NCBI RefSeq assembly: GCF_009914755.1
Contig: NC_060925.1
Reading direction: 5' to 3' (one strand)
DNA: 64,000 bases
From: the human T2T-CHM13v2.0 reference genome, Homo sapiens
Part shown: piece after piece, positions 41,121-56,378 of the stretch
How positions within the stretch are numbered: the first letter of the stretch is position 1
Layout: the number at the start of each line of letters is the position of its first letter
Program-made: the position numbers and the translations under genes
The notes under the pieces: model-generated
What the model was told of the DNA's origin: nothing
Database searches by the model: none
What the model saw: the letters and a program-made list of their open reading frames with translations, nothing else

Positions 41121-42258
41121 CAAATTGGCTTCTTTTTCTTACTTTTTAATTAATTTTAATTTGCTATACTGAACACATTTTGTACTGTTCTCACATTCTT
41201 TTTGAAAAAAGCAGAATATAAATAAGTAGATAACTTAAAAAAAACTCTTTGAGCAGAAAGAATCATTTGGGAGGCAATATATTTCAGTGGCTGTAAAGTG
41301 GCATTCTAGAATCATCCTACCCAGGTGAAAGCCCTATTTTGCCACCTGTAGTGTAGTGTGTATTTGAACAGCTACTTTCTTTTCTAAACTACAATTTCTT
41401 CATCTGTTAAAGAGGCATAATAATTGTATCATCCTCATTGGGTTGATAAAATAAAATATTTCCAAGTATTTAGTTCAGGTCCTAGCACGTAGACAGTGTT
41501 GCATTACTGTTTTAATCCTTTAAAGTATTAAAGACTACTATTTGAAATCTTTTCTTCTAAAATTCAGCCTGCTGATGACCAAGTGCACTTGAGCAGGGGG
41601 AATCAAATCTGAATTAATTTCAGATTCTGGTTAGCTTCACATAAATATTTTTTTTAGGGATGATGAACCTAACAGCAATAGATGAGTAAGAATCTGTTCC
41701 TACTGAGAGAGTTTCATTTTGAAGAAAAAGGAACTAAGGGGGCATGTGTTCAGTTTCATGCCCTGGTCTAACCCTGTGTGTTGGTTCTGGTGGGAAATTC
41801 TTCCAACCGAGGAAAAAACCAGTTCACAAATCTGAAGACCAGTGATTTTAGAAGATGTATCTGGACTGGAGTCTAATCTCTGACTCTGGGTCCTGCTGAT
41901 ATGGTATTTTTGAGATTTGGCCTAAAACATCATTGCCCTGGTTTCCTTATTTACCAAACAGGGCCAATGGTAGTGACTAATCAGAAAATGATAATGCCTG
42001 GTGCACAAAATGTGTCTAGATGAGCCCATGCACAAGGACACATGTTTCTGGAACTGTTCCTTATTCCTTTCCTAAAAGAAAGGAGGGAAAGTCTCCATAC
42101 TAAGACTACTAGGGCAGGGGACAAAGTGCTAGAGTCAGAAGATTCATCTGAGGACAGAAGAATAGGGGTGAAGGCTCTAGTCACTTCATTGGCTACCATG
42201 CTCTAAATAGTTACCTGTGCCCTTTTTCTAACTATTAGAACCCAAAAAGCCTATAAAT

Positions 42259-42296
<38 letters not shown>

Positions 42297-42345
42297 CATA
42301 TACACACACACATAGACACACACACACACCTAAACACACACATAG
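42259..42345. repeat. Compound (TC)n(TA)n(CA)n microsatellite
   Basis: Direct reading. Confidence 0.9.
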
Positions 42346-42558
42346 AGATTTATGACTTTTTACTTTTATCCTTGTAAATGCCATTAACTATATTTTGTCT
42401 TAGATTTAGCCTGGGAATGTAGCCATTATTTCTACCATTGCCTCCATAGGAAAAATACTCTTCATGTTTTAAAGGACCAACCTACAACTAAAATCTTTGG
42501 AAAGCAGAATCATTTGTAAGTTGGTGAAAATGGAAGATGTTGTTTTATAAATGAAGAC

Positions 42559-42852
42559 TTTTTTTTTTTTTTTTTTGAGACAGGGCCTCACTCTGTTGTG
42601 GAGTGCAGTGGTGCTGTCATGGCTTACTGCAGCCTTGACCTCCTGGGTTCAAGTGATCCTCCCACCTCAGTCTCCTGGGTAGCTGGGACTACATGTGCAT
42701 GCTACCATGCCTGACTAATTTTTTGTATTTTTGTAGAGATGTGGTTTCGCCATGTTGCCCAGGCTGGTCTTGAACTCGTGGGCTCAAGTAATCCTCCTGC
42801 CTCAGCCTCCAAAAGTGCTGGGATTAGAGGTGACAGCCAAGGTGCCTGGCCC
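42559..42852 (-). mobile_element. AluJ-like in intron 7
   Basis: Poly-T start; TSD ATGAAGACT at 42551 and 42857. Confidence 0.88.
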
Positions 42853-43834
42853 ACAGATGAAGACTATTTAATGTTATCTTAAAGATACCCTAAGCTTCCT
42901 ACCAAGCCAGTGATCTTTTGGGGCTTCTGTTTTCTTTGTTGGCATAACTGTAACTAGCCTAACTGCCCGTTATCTGTTTCCTGTTTGCCCCACACTGATT
43001 CCCACAGCAGTTTTCAAGTTATCGGTTTGAGATCTTGTACAGAAATGACTCCAAGGTAAAAAATTTAAAAACAACCCCTCTAATTTTTTTACCCTTGCTT
43101 ATAAAACAGCCTTAGCCAGCTAACCCCTCACTACATGCAAATGAGTTTGATTCTATTCTTTTGATTCTACAAACACTTATTAAAAGATTTTAGAATTCGG
43201 AAATAAATAGCTTCCTTATTAAGGTGACTTACAGCCCCAAAGTCCTTAAAATTATTTAGACAATAGCCACCTTATCCCAGGGGGCAGTGTGTAATAACCC
43301 ACCCTGTTCTCTATCCGTCAGTTCTGCCATCATCGCCCAAGGTAGGAAGAAAGACAGGACAACCGGGGTCAAGATTTGAAGTCTCAATGGAAAGAATAAT
43401 CAGTGGTTGGAGAAAACTGTCATTCTTCTTTTGCCTTAATGCAGTACTTGATACTTATACTTAGTACTGTATAGTACTTAGTACTGTATAATACTATAAG
43501 ATAGTGAGATTCAATCAGCACAGAATTTCTAATAGCAAGGGCAGAGACATTTTAACTGCTCAGTGCTCTCAGGTTATACATAGCTAATGAAGTTCTTGCA
43601 TATCAACAATCCCCACCCCCCTCACACACTTTGTCTTTCTGGATTGGTTAGAAAACTTACCTAGCACCCACTATTCTCAAATTTAAATGAAAGATAAGAT
43701 CAGAGTGGCACGCAATTAGGGACTGATAAATAATATTTTTGTAATTGCCAGTGTAAATGGACAGGGGGCAACCTTTACATACCATATTCAGTGAACAGAA
43801 TACGTACTAACTAATTTGATGGAAGGAAAATTAA

Positions 43835-44223
<389 letters not shown>

Positions 44224-44740
44224 AAAACAGGTATATCTTAAAAGCTGCCCAATGTCCATGAATGTTACAGCCTTGAATGGTTCTTCCAGGTGAGTTTGGC
44301 CAAATGTGGCACCATACACCCAAGGCCTGCTGCAGGCTAGTGGGTTGCTCACACTTTAAAGCTGAGACACACTCATGCCTTAAGGTAAAGGGAGTGATAA
44401 TCTGGGCAGCAGATGTTAACTTCTCAAGGCAGTCCTCCTTCTCTTTTCCTCTCCAGTGACGGATGGTTGGAAAGCATATATGGTGCATTTGGTTAGAGCT
44501 GTGGCCTTGGTGAATAGATACTTGGGAGAATACATGGGAATTTCTCCCAGGGTTAATGCAATGCCCATGTGTTGGGAACCAGGTGACTCTTGAAGAGGTC
44601 AGGTATTTGGGAGCAGTGCCTTGAAACCTTAGTGGACATTAGACCCACTTCCTAGTGGAATTGTAGCATTGAAATCCAAGGCATGTAGGCTCTTAGAGGA
44701 CAGAGATAGTGTGTCATTTTTTCAGAATTAATTAAGAGCA

Positions 44741-45039
<299 letters not shown>

Positions 45040-45341
45040 AGAATTACATAAGAGCAAAGAACCATTAGAATATCTCACTTAGTTGTTATCAGCCTAGCAA
45101 GCTGCCTTGAAGGTAATAGACATTTTTAAAAGTTTATCAGATGAAAAGCGAAAATCAGCCAACCTGTTTTAATGAAGGTGTGTCCTGGGCTGATTTACAT
45201 GTCTCCAGGGACTGATGGCTCTAGAATGTAAAGCTTGGCATCCTGCTTGTGTTGAATCTATCACATTTAATTTCCTGTGGGTTTCTTTTTTTTTTCTTTT
45301 TCACTTTAAAGTTGTGTTCTTTTCATGTGAAGTTAAACTCA

Positions 45342-45527
<186 letters not shown>

Positions 45528-47036
45528 TTAGTCTATCTCATGATATTTGACTTTTTTCCTCCTTACATCTCCCAGTAGTAGCCCATTTGATGCCATTTGA
45601 CAGATGAGGAAACTGGCATGGGAAGGCCCCTGATGAGTCTACAGCATAGGCAAAGACTGGACCAGCCTTGCTAGTCTAATGCCTACAGAATCTCAATGCC
45701 CAGATTTGTGGTTCATAGAGTTCCTGAAAATGCACCTAAAAATGTTGGCAAGAATGGTCATCGTTGTATTTAGCTCCATGGACTTGTTCAATGACTGGAA
45801 CTCTGAAACACAGAGAAGAGCTAAAAGCCTAATACAACTTCAGGAAAAATAAAAGCCAATGATCTGAACTGGATAATTCACCAGTCAAAGGAAATCATTA
45901 ATGCTTTTACTTTAAAGCAGTTGTGCAAAAATAAGCACTTGATTTTTACATGCCAAGGACCTGCACTAATTTCTTTCCAATGCAGTAGTTACCACTTCCC
46001 TCTACTTCCTTCACGAATAAGTAAAAGGGCATGTTTAGAGATACTCTTGTAAGTGTAAACTAAGTTCATTTGGGAGCCTCTATTTGAAAATACTGGTATA
46101 AAAAAAAATCTGTCTCCTGATACTAACATTTGAAGGAATCTACTTTTTTACATATTGGCAGAGGGTCTGATTCTATCCTTAGTTCTTCCCATTACTTTGA
46201 TGAACCTTTTCAAGGTGATTTGATCCCCACACCCAAATATATGATTGAGAGAAGGCTCAAGTTCCCAGGAGCTCCAGACAGAAGGTACCTGTTGGCTTGA
46301 TGAAGATGAGGAGGAAATGAACACTAGCTAGGCCTTAAAGGGAAATGTCTCTGATAGGCCTAATACACAGTCCTCTGCTAAAGGCCTCCCTGCCTCTCTC
46401 TGCTCATCCACTCTACTCCCTGGCCCTGGGCACGCAGCACACAGAGATCAGCATTTCTGACAGCTTCTGTAGATCCTACCATTTAAAGACTTTTGTCATC
46501 CATGCAGATAGTCTCAGGAGCAGACACAGGTAGCTATTCTTTCACATGCTAGCTTAACATGCATTTGCTTTAGCACCTATTGCCAGGCACTGTGTCAGGT
46601 GGAGGGTATACAAAGATGAACAAGACATGATTCTTCTCATATACAGATAGATTTTGGAGGCATTAGCTTAGTGATGATTCAGGAGTATCCATTATTTGGG
46701 GAAGTAGGTGGTCATTAGTGACCTTTTACAGGCATTTCAATGGGCTAACAGAGATGTTAGATTGTAGTGGAATAGAAGAATGGGTAAAAAGTAAATCAGT
46801 GAGTTCAGATTTTAGGAGTTAAGATGGCAAGAGGTGAGAACAAAAAAAGGAAATGATTGTCATTAAAGGAGGAGGAAAGACCAGCCAAAGATTTTACAGT
46901 GAGTTAAGCATACAAATTTATTTCTAGGCCACATATTCTTAGCAAAACAACATGTAAATGTTTATGTATGTCTTTCCTCATATCTGCTCATCCATCAGCT
47001 CCATCGTTAAGATTTCAGTTTTCCAGGACAAACTTA

Positions 47037-47303
<267 letters not shown>

Positions 47304-48349
47304 TTAGCCAAAGCTGCCTGACTACATTACTTGTGATATTGCTTCCAGGCTTTATTTTCTTGAGAATGATGGTGGGTGGTGAATGAGAGATGAAGGCAAG
47401 GAAGCATTGAAAGCTGTGGGGAGAGGAGTAGCTACTCCAGGCTGCTGCCCTAGCTAAGGTGACCCTCCCCTTCTGCTGGAAGTACCATGCCATATGGCCT
47501 CTGCATCAAGGGCTCTTATGGGATATTCTCAGAGAATCTCTGCCGTTTCATCTGTTCTGATATCTACCCAAGCATTTTGAAAAACATCCCAATTCACTGA
47601 AGCAAGTCCAACTTCCGTAAATTCCAGTAGGTGGGTTGACAGTTTTATAATTTCAATAAGGGATTTTGATAGCACTTCTAAGAATTAAACTACTTAAACT
47701 AATGCATCAGGAGCATACTTGTAGAAAAGTTAACCAAAACTTCGTAAGTTCAGATGACATTGGTTTTCTCCCATATGGAGATAAGGTTGGCAGTTAAAAA
47801 TGAAAAAAAAAAAAAAACCTACCTTATTTCAAACTTGAAAAGATCAAGAGATTGTGTTTTTGTTTTTCAGTTGTTATTCTCCTAAAAGTTTATGCATGAG
47901 GAAAAGTAAAAGTGATTTTAAGAATAAGCCAAATAAAACAACCAAGAAAGACCTCCACTACCCTGGGAAGGAAACTGGTTGGTATTAAGTAGGACACCAC
48001 ATAAAACAGGTGTTATTGAGAGGAGAAGAACCAAAATGTAACTGAGGTTCAACAAGACATTATTTATGCAATGGCAATGAGAAAAATAAAAAACACAGTA
48101 TAACCATGCTGTATTGCTATAAGTCATGTTACACACTGGGAGATGGCTTCAGGGGTATTTGGTTTTTACTTTTTGTTTGGGAGGTTTTTCAAAAAAATTT
48201 AGTTAGAATAAGTCCTTTGAGAAACATCACAGTAGGTTAAACAAAGTTAGGTTAAATTAGGCTCCTAAGTTTGACTTCTCAGCAAACTTCTACTGAATGT
48301 TCTGACTGTAAGCCCAGGATTGCATGACAAAACCTCTAGTCTGAAGTTA

Positions 48350-48643
<294 letters not shown>

Positions 48644-50120
48644 TTACTTGAACCCTCCAACTTCAGTTTCTTCATCTATATAAGAGGAATAATGAAATTG
48701 TGTTATCTTTATCAAATTGATATGGAAACTAAATGTAATTCAATTAGCATAAGTCAAGGACCTTAGAACAAAGCCTGACTCATCAGAAATTCTAAGTAAA
48801 CATTAGCTAGTCTTCATATTATTATCTTCAGCATTATCTGTAGTGAGAATCCTTAAAGCCAAATAGGTGTAACTGGGAATGACCAGCTTAGTCGGGAAAT
48901 AACTATCACATCAGAGCCCCTGAGTCTACTAGAGTATTGGGAGCAAGATGTTCAGAGAAAGAGTGGGTCTCCATAATAAGCCTTCTTTGCAAGGAGAGAA
49001 TATAAAAGTCTAGGAAGCATTTTGACCTCAATTCTGTCTTCTATTCTAGCTCAGTTCCAGAATTTTAACTCTTTTGATTTTGACAACCCTCTCCAGAAAC
49101 TGTATCTATTTCCCTGTTCTGATTGGTGGTACAATAGGTAAATTTAAGACTTGGAAATCAAAGTTTTCACATTTTAGACCCTGCCATGCCATTTAGTAAA
49201 CAGTACAACTTTCATGTCTTATTCCTCATCTGTCAAATTTAAGCCATTATTGCTACCTTGCTCTAGAGACTTCAAGGAAGAATGGACTCAAGGAATCAGA
49301 AGAATTTTTGTATTTGGAAACTATATGAGATGAGATTAGGGAGAAACATGGGAACTAAGAGAAAATGTTATCTTTTTTCATTGATTTAAAGAGTATCTAT
49401 TATATATCAAGCATTACTCTGGGGCTTGAAGAGCTTAGATTTCACCCTGTAGGACAAAATGGTAGGTAGAAATTAATGGGTGGATTGTCATGTATGTGTG
49501 ATGTGTTTTAATTGCTTTTAATTGATCAGTCTCCCTGTAGTATGAATAATGTATTTGAGGGGAGCTAATTTAAAATTGTGGAACTCATCTAATAAACTAT
49601 TGCAAGAATCTAGAAGAAAGATAATGACGGCAATGGTAGTAGAGTTGACAAGTGGAAGACAAATTAGAAAAACACTAAGTTGTAAAAATTGGTAGAATGT
49701 TACCCTGCATAAATGTTGGGGGAGTTAAGAGAGTCTCATACCAGGGTGCCCATGTAAATGGTGATTCCACATACTGAGATAAGAAATACGAAGAGAAAAG
49801 CTGACTGGGAACAATTGGTTTTATAGTCTTTTAAACATCCCAAAGGACATCCTTAGCATATTTGAGTTCAGAGCTGGAGATAGGCTTATCAGTCCAAAGA
49901 TCACATAGATTTGTGAGTCCGCAAAAGTCAGTAAGTTTGACCAAAGGATACATGTAGATTAGAGTCAGAAGAGCAATATACAAAAGACAAAAGCTGAGAA
50001 ATTATAGTAGTTTATGGTCCTGGATAAGTGCTCATGAAGGATCTCAGGAGAAATGATCACAGGTAGAAAGAATGAGAAAAGAGTGATATGAGAGAAACCA
50101 AGACAAAGAAAAGTAAAATG

Positions 50121-50182
50121 TTAAAAATGAGTGAAATAGGCATACCAATAATTAAAAATGAGTAAAATAGGCATACCAATAA
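50121..50182. repeat. 31-bp tandem duplication in intron 4
   Basis: TTAAAAATGAGT(G/A)AAATAGGCATACCAATAA x2, one mismatch. Confidence 0.9.
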
Positions 50183-51012
50183 CATAAGGGTTAAAAAATA
50201 GAGTTCAAAAATGGGGTGAGGGTAAAGTATTAGGAAGGAGTCATGGCCCAGGGATCAAGTGAAATGAGTTAGATCTATAGATCTATTTCAGTTGGTTGAC
50301 ATTTAAATGTATTTTGGTTTTAATTCTTTATTGTTTACAAACATTGCTTTTTTAAAAAATTAAATTGTCCAATTCAATTCAGGCTCACAAGCAAGTGCCT
50401 CATATATACAGGCATTTTGTGGATCCCAAAGATGCAATGATAAATAGGACACTTACTGATCTCAAGAAGTTTTCAGTACCAGAGGAGACGGACAAGTGAA
50501 CAGATGACTTCAACATAAGTGGGAGAAATGAGGAAGAAATATGTGGAGCTATCAGAACTAAGAAAGCTTCCTAGAAGAAACTGTCTTTGAACAATGTCTT
50601 AAAGATGACATGTTTTTTGGCCATGTGCAAAATGAGAGAGAAGGCCACCAGCAAAGTCAGTGTGCTACAGAGCACATGTGTTAAGTGTGGAGAACTGCAA
50701 GAAGGAAAGGAACTACTAGAAGGAAAAAGCAAGATACTTTCTGGGTAACTCAGCCTCCTAATGATAAATGGCATAGTTTCTTCCAGACCTTAGAGTTCTA
50801 ATTAATCTAACAAGCTCATTAGATCGTGAGCTTCTTGAGAGCGGGAATCTACCATGCTAATTCCTTATGGTAACCCTGACAGCTTTTATCCCAACACTGT
50901 GCTTCTTGTGGTACTCAAAAAGACTTGTTGAGAAGTGAATCGAAACTTCATGCTGACTTATGAAATCTTTACGGAAAGGTAACAATATTGTGAAAGCAGA
51001 GCTTTCTGATCA

Positions 51013-51279
<267 letters not shown>

Positions 51280-52195
51280 TTAGTACTCAAAGTCATTTCT
51301 TTAGACATAGATAACCTTTTGTCTGAGATGATTTAAATAATCAGGAAAGGTTTATTTGTAAATTCATAGCATAAAAATCATATGCTAAAATTTTTACGTA
51401 TAAAATACACTAAGCATATAGTCATAGGCATTTATTTGCTTTTGGAATGAAATTACCAATACTAATATTCTGTAACACTTATAGGAAACTTAGTGGCATA
51501 CCTTGAAACTCTTGAAATTACTTGTTTTTAATGAGTGAGAAGGTTAAATGATGACCTGACCTCAATCATTTCTGCATGCAATTATTTCTTGGCAATCCCT
51601 TTCTTTATAGAAATCAAAGATTAAAAAGTCCAAATTTGCTAAAACGGTAGAGTCCAATTTATAAGAGACCAAATTAACTATGGTTCATTATTAAAACATC
51701 ACTTGGAAAATGCTGGCTGTTTTGGAATTGTAGAAGATTTTACAGAAATATTCATACACCAAAGATAGTGCAATTTTTATATAAAATTATATAAGGTTAG
51801 ACCAAGAAGGAAGCACGCAGCACCACACTCTCTACTTCACAATGTGAAAACTGAGGTGATGTGAGCCTAAGTTTCCAACTGGCCCCAGCTGTCAGCTTCT
51901 CCTCCCCTGCCTTATTATCAAAGGCACTGATTGTCTAGCTCTTCCTCTGTACTTCCTACGTAGATCTATCATTTTGATGTAACTTGATTTAGGGGTATAG
52001 CTTTTGTGCACAGGGACAAATCTTACACACCAAAAATTCTTAGGAGTGACACGATGCAAGATTATATAGAGGGCTAGATGTATTTTAGAATGAACCAGAA
52101 GCTGTTCTCATCCCCCCACCTTTCCATGGGGTAAATCTGAGTATTCTCTTAACCGTGGCCCTTCCTGAGTCTGAGGCAGCATAGCCGTCTTGTCA

Positions 52196-52600
<405 letters not shown>

Positions 52601-54214
52601 TCAGTGTGACCTATGCAGACTTACATAATGTTACAGCTAAAAAGAACCTAGCACTACTCCAGGCTGAGCTAGACACTTAGAGATGAGGAAACAGAGCCTA
52701 AGAGTGTATGTGACCATCTCAGGATCACAGAATAGTTGTTTGCAGATTTGAAGTAGAACCTAGACCTTCTGGCTTGAATATAAGATGCTTTTATCTAAGG
52801 TTCTATTTGAAACAAATTTAGTGGTTTTCTAGGTTTATTTTCTTATTAATTTTTTTCTCAAAATTATTTCAGGTGAAATTTAACCAACATATTTTAGACA
52901 TTCATATTTCTTTTTCTTTGTAGCTGTTAATGATTTACAACTAATTACCGTGTAATATCATATAACTATACAATTTACGTATACTTTTTAATCCTGGAAT
53001 CATTTCTTGAAGGCCAACACATATGTACCTATGGGAGAAGCATAATAAGGACAGGAAGAACAGTGACATACTTTTAAGTAACCTCTTTTACATAAAAAAC
53101 ATTTTATTTTACCATAGGAAGAACTGCTTCTGGAAAAGCCCAATATACCACTCAACTCTTATATATCTAACTGTATAATTTTTAAAAAGAACAATTTACA
53201 AAGCCAAATGGTATAGGATTATGAAATTCATTAGATCATGTTCTATACACAAAGAGACTCAACTGATGATGTTTAATAAACATATGGACCCATCAAATAT
53301 GAGGGCTTTGAAGATATCTAATTAAACACATAATTACACAATGACTTCATAATAATATATGGCATTCTAAGCATGGTATGATCTACATGAATCACTATTT
53401 AATACAGTAAAGAAACAGATATAATTGATGGTAAAGAGCATCATAAAATAAACATTTTGAACAGAGTTTTGAATGAGCATTCCACTAGAATGCAAGTTCT
53501 AAGAGGGAAAAAACTGTTGTGTCCACTGCTGTATCCTTAGTGCCTAGCATAAATTTCACACATTGTAGGGACTCAGAAAATACCTGTTGTATGAAAAGAG
53601 CACTAAGTTTCTATGTGACACAGTGCAGACATGGCATAAGGAATGTGTGAACGGGAGAGTTAGCATGTTTGCTTGGCTAGAGCTGAAAATCCAGGCTAGG
53701 GAGAAAGAAGACATTAGTTTACTTAGGAAATGAAAAACCAAGTTCAAAGCTATTGCTGGAGAGTCTTCAAGAATCAGATATAAAATTTGTCACAACAATG
53801 GGAGAAGGACCAAAAAATGATAAACCCCCGTCCCTTAATAAGCTCGTATTGTAATTGTAGAAATGACATTAATGTACACTGAACTATGAATAAAAAATAG
53901 AAAATGAGGTGCTAAATATTTGGTACAGATTGTAAGTACCTTAACAGAGATTTCTTAATTAACATTATTCCTTTATAATTGAGGGATTTTGTGGGGTTAT
54001 TGGGATTTGAACTCTACAGCATGGGCTATTATAGGTTAAAAATAGTGTTCAGGAGTTTCTGGGGAAGAACTAAAGGTAAGAAGAAAAGAGATGTTTACAG
54101 AAGGGATAGAATTAACAGCTCTGTGAAATAATTTTCCCTTAGACTATGTATAACTAGTGGATATTTAAGAAAAATGAATATAAGTAAAATAGACTTAGCG
54201 ATATATAAATATCA

Positions 54215-54343
<129 letters not shown>

Positions 54344-54865
54344 TTAAACCACACATTTATAGCCTTTGAGGTGGTGCTTACAACTTTCTTAATAATCAGA
54401 ATAAAACACATATGTCTACTAACCCTGTCTGAGGTAACAGGTTTCTCAGACATAGATGAAAAATTACTTCAAATTTACATCAGAACTGATGCACAGTTTT
54501 GTTTTGTTCTATTTTATTTTTACGCTTTAGTCTCAAGTTGCTAATCGGTACTGCCCTGAATTTTTTCTATGGTTTGGTAATTTTTATACCTGCTTTTCTG
54601 CTGAGCTATTAGATAAAACTATTTAATATTTACTATGTATATTTTTTAAAGTATTGTTGCTGCTTAATTAACTATTGATGCTTATATTTAATGTTATAGC
54701 CTCACTCTTGATCATAATGGGTCAATGCCTCAAATACCTAAAAAAAAAAAAAATTAGATAGCCAGACACCAGGAAAGAAAAGTATTTCTTTTTTTAATAA
54801 AAAGAAATACCTTTTTGAGCAACTGAAATGACAAAGTCACAAATTTCCTGCACACCTTAAAATAT

Positions 54866-54985
54866 ACTTAATGTAAATGACGAGTTAATGGGTGCAGCAC
54901 ACCAACATGGCACATGTATACATGTGTGACAAACCTGTATGTTGTGCACATGTACCCTAGAACTTAAAGTATAATTTTAAAAAAA
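54866..54985 (+). mobile_element. Very short 3' end of a younger L1PA in intron 1
   Basis: TAATGTAAATGACGAGTTAATGGGTGCAGCACACCAACATGGCACATGTATAC..CTTAAAGTATAAT. Confidence 0.85.
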
Positions 54986-55282
54986 TTCTATCTTCCAAAG
55001 CATATCACTTCTCAGGTAGACACAGTGTTTATTGCAAAAGATCTGATTTCAATAGTATTTCTTCAAGAGTCTCCCCAGAGACAAAGTCAAGAAGAGGAAA
55101 TCAGCATATCTGAGAAGAAAGATTTCAGGATCACTTTTTTTGAGGGTCTGAGAAAATGTTTAGTTTCTATATTATTTAAAACCAGAATTGAAATGGGGTG
55201 ATTCCTATCCTTGCCACCTGCCTCTACAACCCCAAGAGTTTCTATCTGAGCATCTAAACGTCTTTTAGGCTGAAAGGCTCAC

Positions 55283-55324
55283 CATGGCTTTGCTTGGTCC
55301 TTCTCTAGTTCTTCTGCAGCCCAT
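55283..55324 (-). CDS. SELL: SELL exon 1 coding part: upstream ATG (55324) MGCRRTREGPSKA, then main ATG (55285-55283)
   Basis: ATG GGC TGC AGA AGA ACT AGA GAA GGA CCA AGC AAA GCC ATG|gtgagc. Confidence 0.93.
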
Positions 55325-55439
55325 TGAGCCTCTTGACTTAGCACAAGGGTCTCAGGTCCTTGCCCAAAGGGAGTGTGCTGTGCTGCAGGTAGACTGCACT
55401 GAATGTCAACAGAAAGCCTTGCTTTCTTTCATTTCTCTA

Positions 55440-56300
55440 ACCCAGTCTCACATCCTCCTCCTCCTCCCCTTTTCCCTCCCCTTCCTCCTGCACTTCTCTT
55501 TCCTCTTTCCCCACCCCTTTCCTAGACTGGCCTCTATTGCCTCCCACTGAGACAAAAATGAACTGCTGATCAGAAAGTAATGTGACTAGATTCTCTCTTC
55601 CTTCCCTCCTTTCTATCCTTCCTTCCATTCTCCTATGCATCTTTCCTTACCCTCCTCCTCCTTCACTCATTGTTGTTGCTGTTCTTCTTCCTCTTCTTTT
55701 TCCTCCTGCTCCTCTTCTTCTACTTGTTCTTGTTCTTGTTTTTGTTTGGTTCTTGTTCTCCTCTTCCTCCTTCTCTCTCTCCTCCTCCTCCTTCTTTTCC
55801 ACCACCCTCCCCTATCTTTTTCATAAATGCTAAACTAACTCTTGGCTACCTGTGGTAAATGGCCCTTGGAAATTGCAAATACTACAAATCAAAACTGCAT
55901 TTCAGACATATTTATGATGTTTGCAAAACTTCAGTAGAGCTAAGCAGTGGACTTGACTCGTTTCGGTTCCTTCACCTCCGTCTTTCCTTGCTCACCACCT
56001 AGTGGACGTCCTTGTTAGTGGCACTTCCTGAAGTTAACCCCTGAAGAGAGCCCATGCTCTCTAGCTTTTCACCGTGTAGGTTTGGGAGCCTACAAGTACC
56101 TTTAATATTCTTGGACTATAAAATGAGATGGTTTTATAAGACTGCATGTGAAATTAGGACCCATATGATGAAGGACAATAAAAAGGAAGACCCACTGATG
56201 TGAGTCAATGAGTCAAATGCAAATCAGATTTGCATTTTTAGGAAAATAATAATAACAACAACAAAAACTCTGAAGCTCAGCGCCCCATATTTATTATATT
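55440..56300 (-). promoter_or_regulatory. SELL: SELL proximal promoter region
   Basis: Directly upstream of exon 1; long pyrimidine/purine tract, CACCC boxes (55509-55517), ETS CACTTCCTG (56022-56030), AP-1/octamer cluster 56201-56237; no obvious TATA. Confidence 0.65.
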
Positions 56301-56378
56301 GTTTAATCTTTATAACAGCTCTCTGCTATAGATATGATTATTATCCCCATTCTAAAGAGTCTCAAAGAGGTTAAGAAA

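Noticed and set aside
55582-55858. Hydrophobic and Ser-rich ORFs upstream of SELL
   Set aside because: Translations of a low-complexity pyrimidine tract, open in all three frames.
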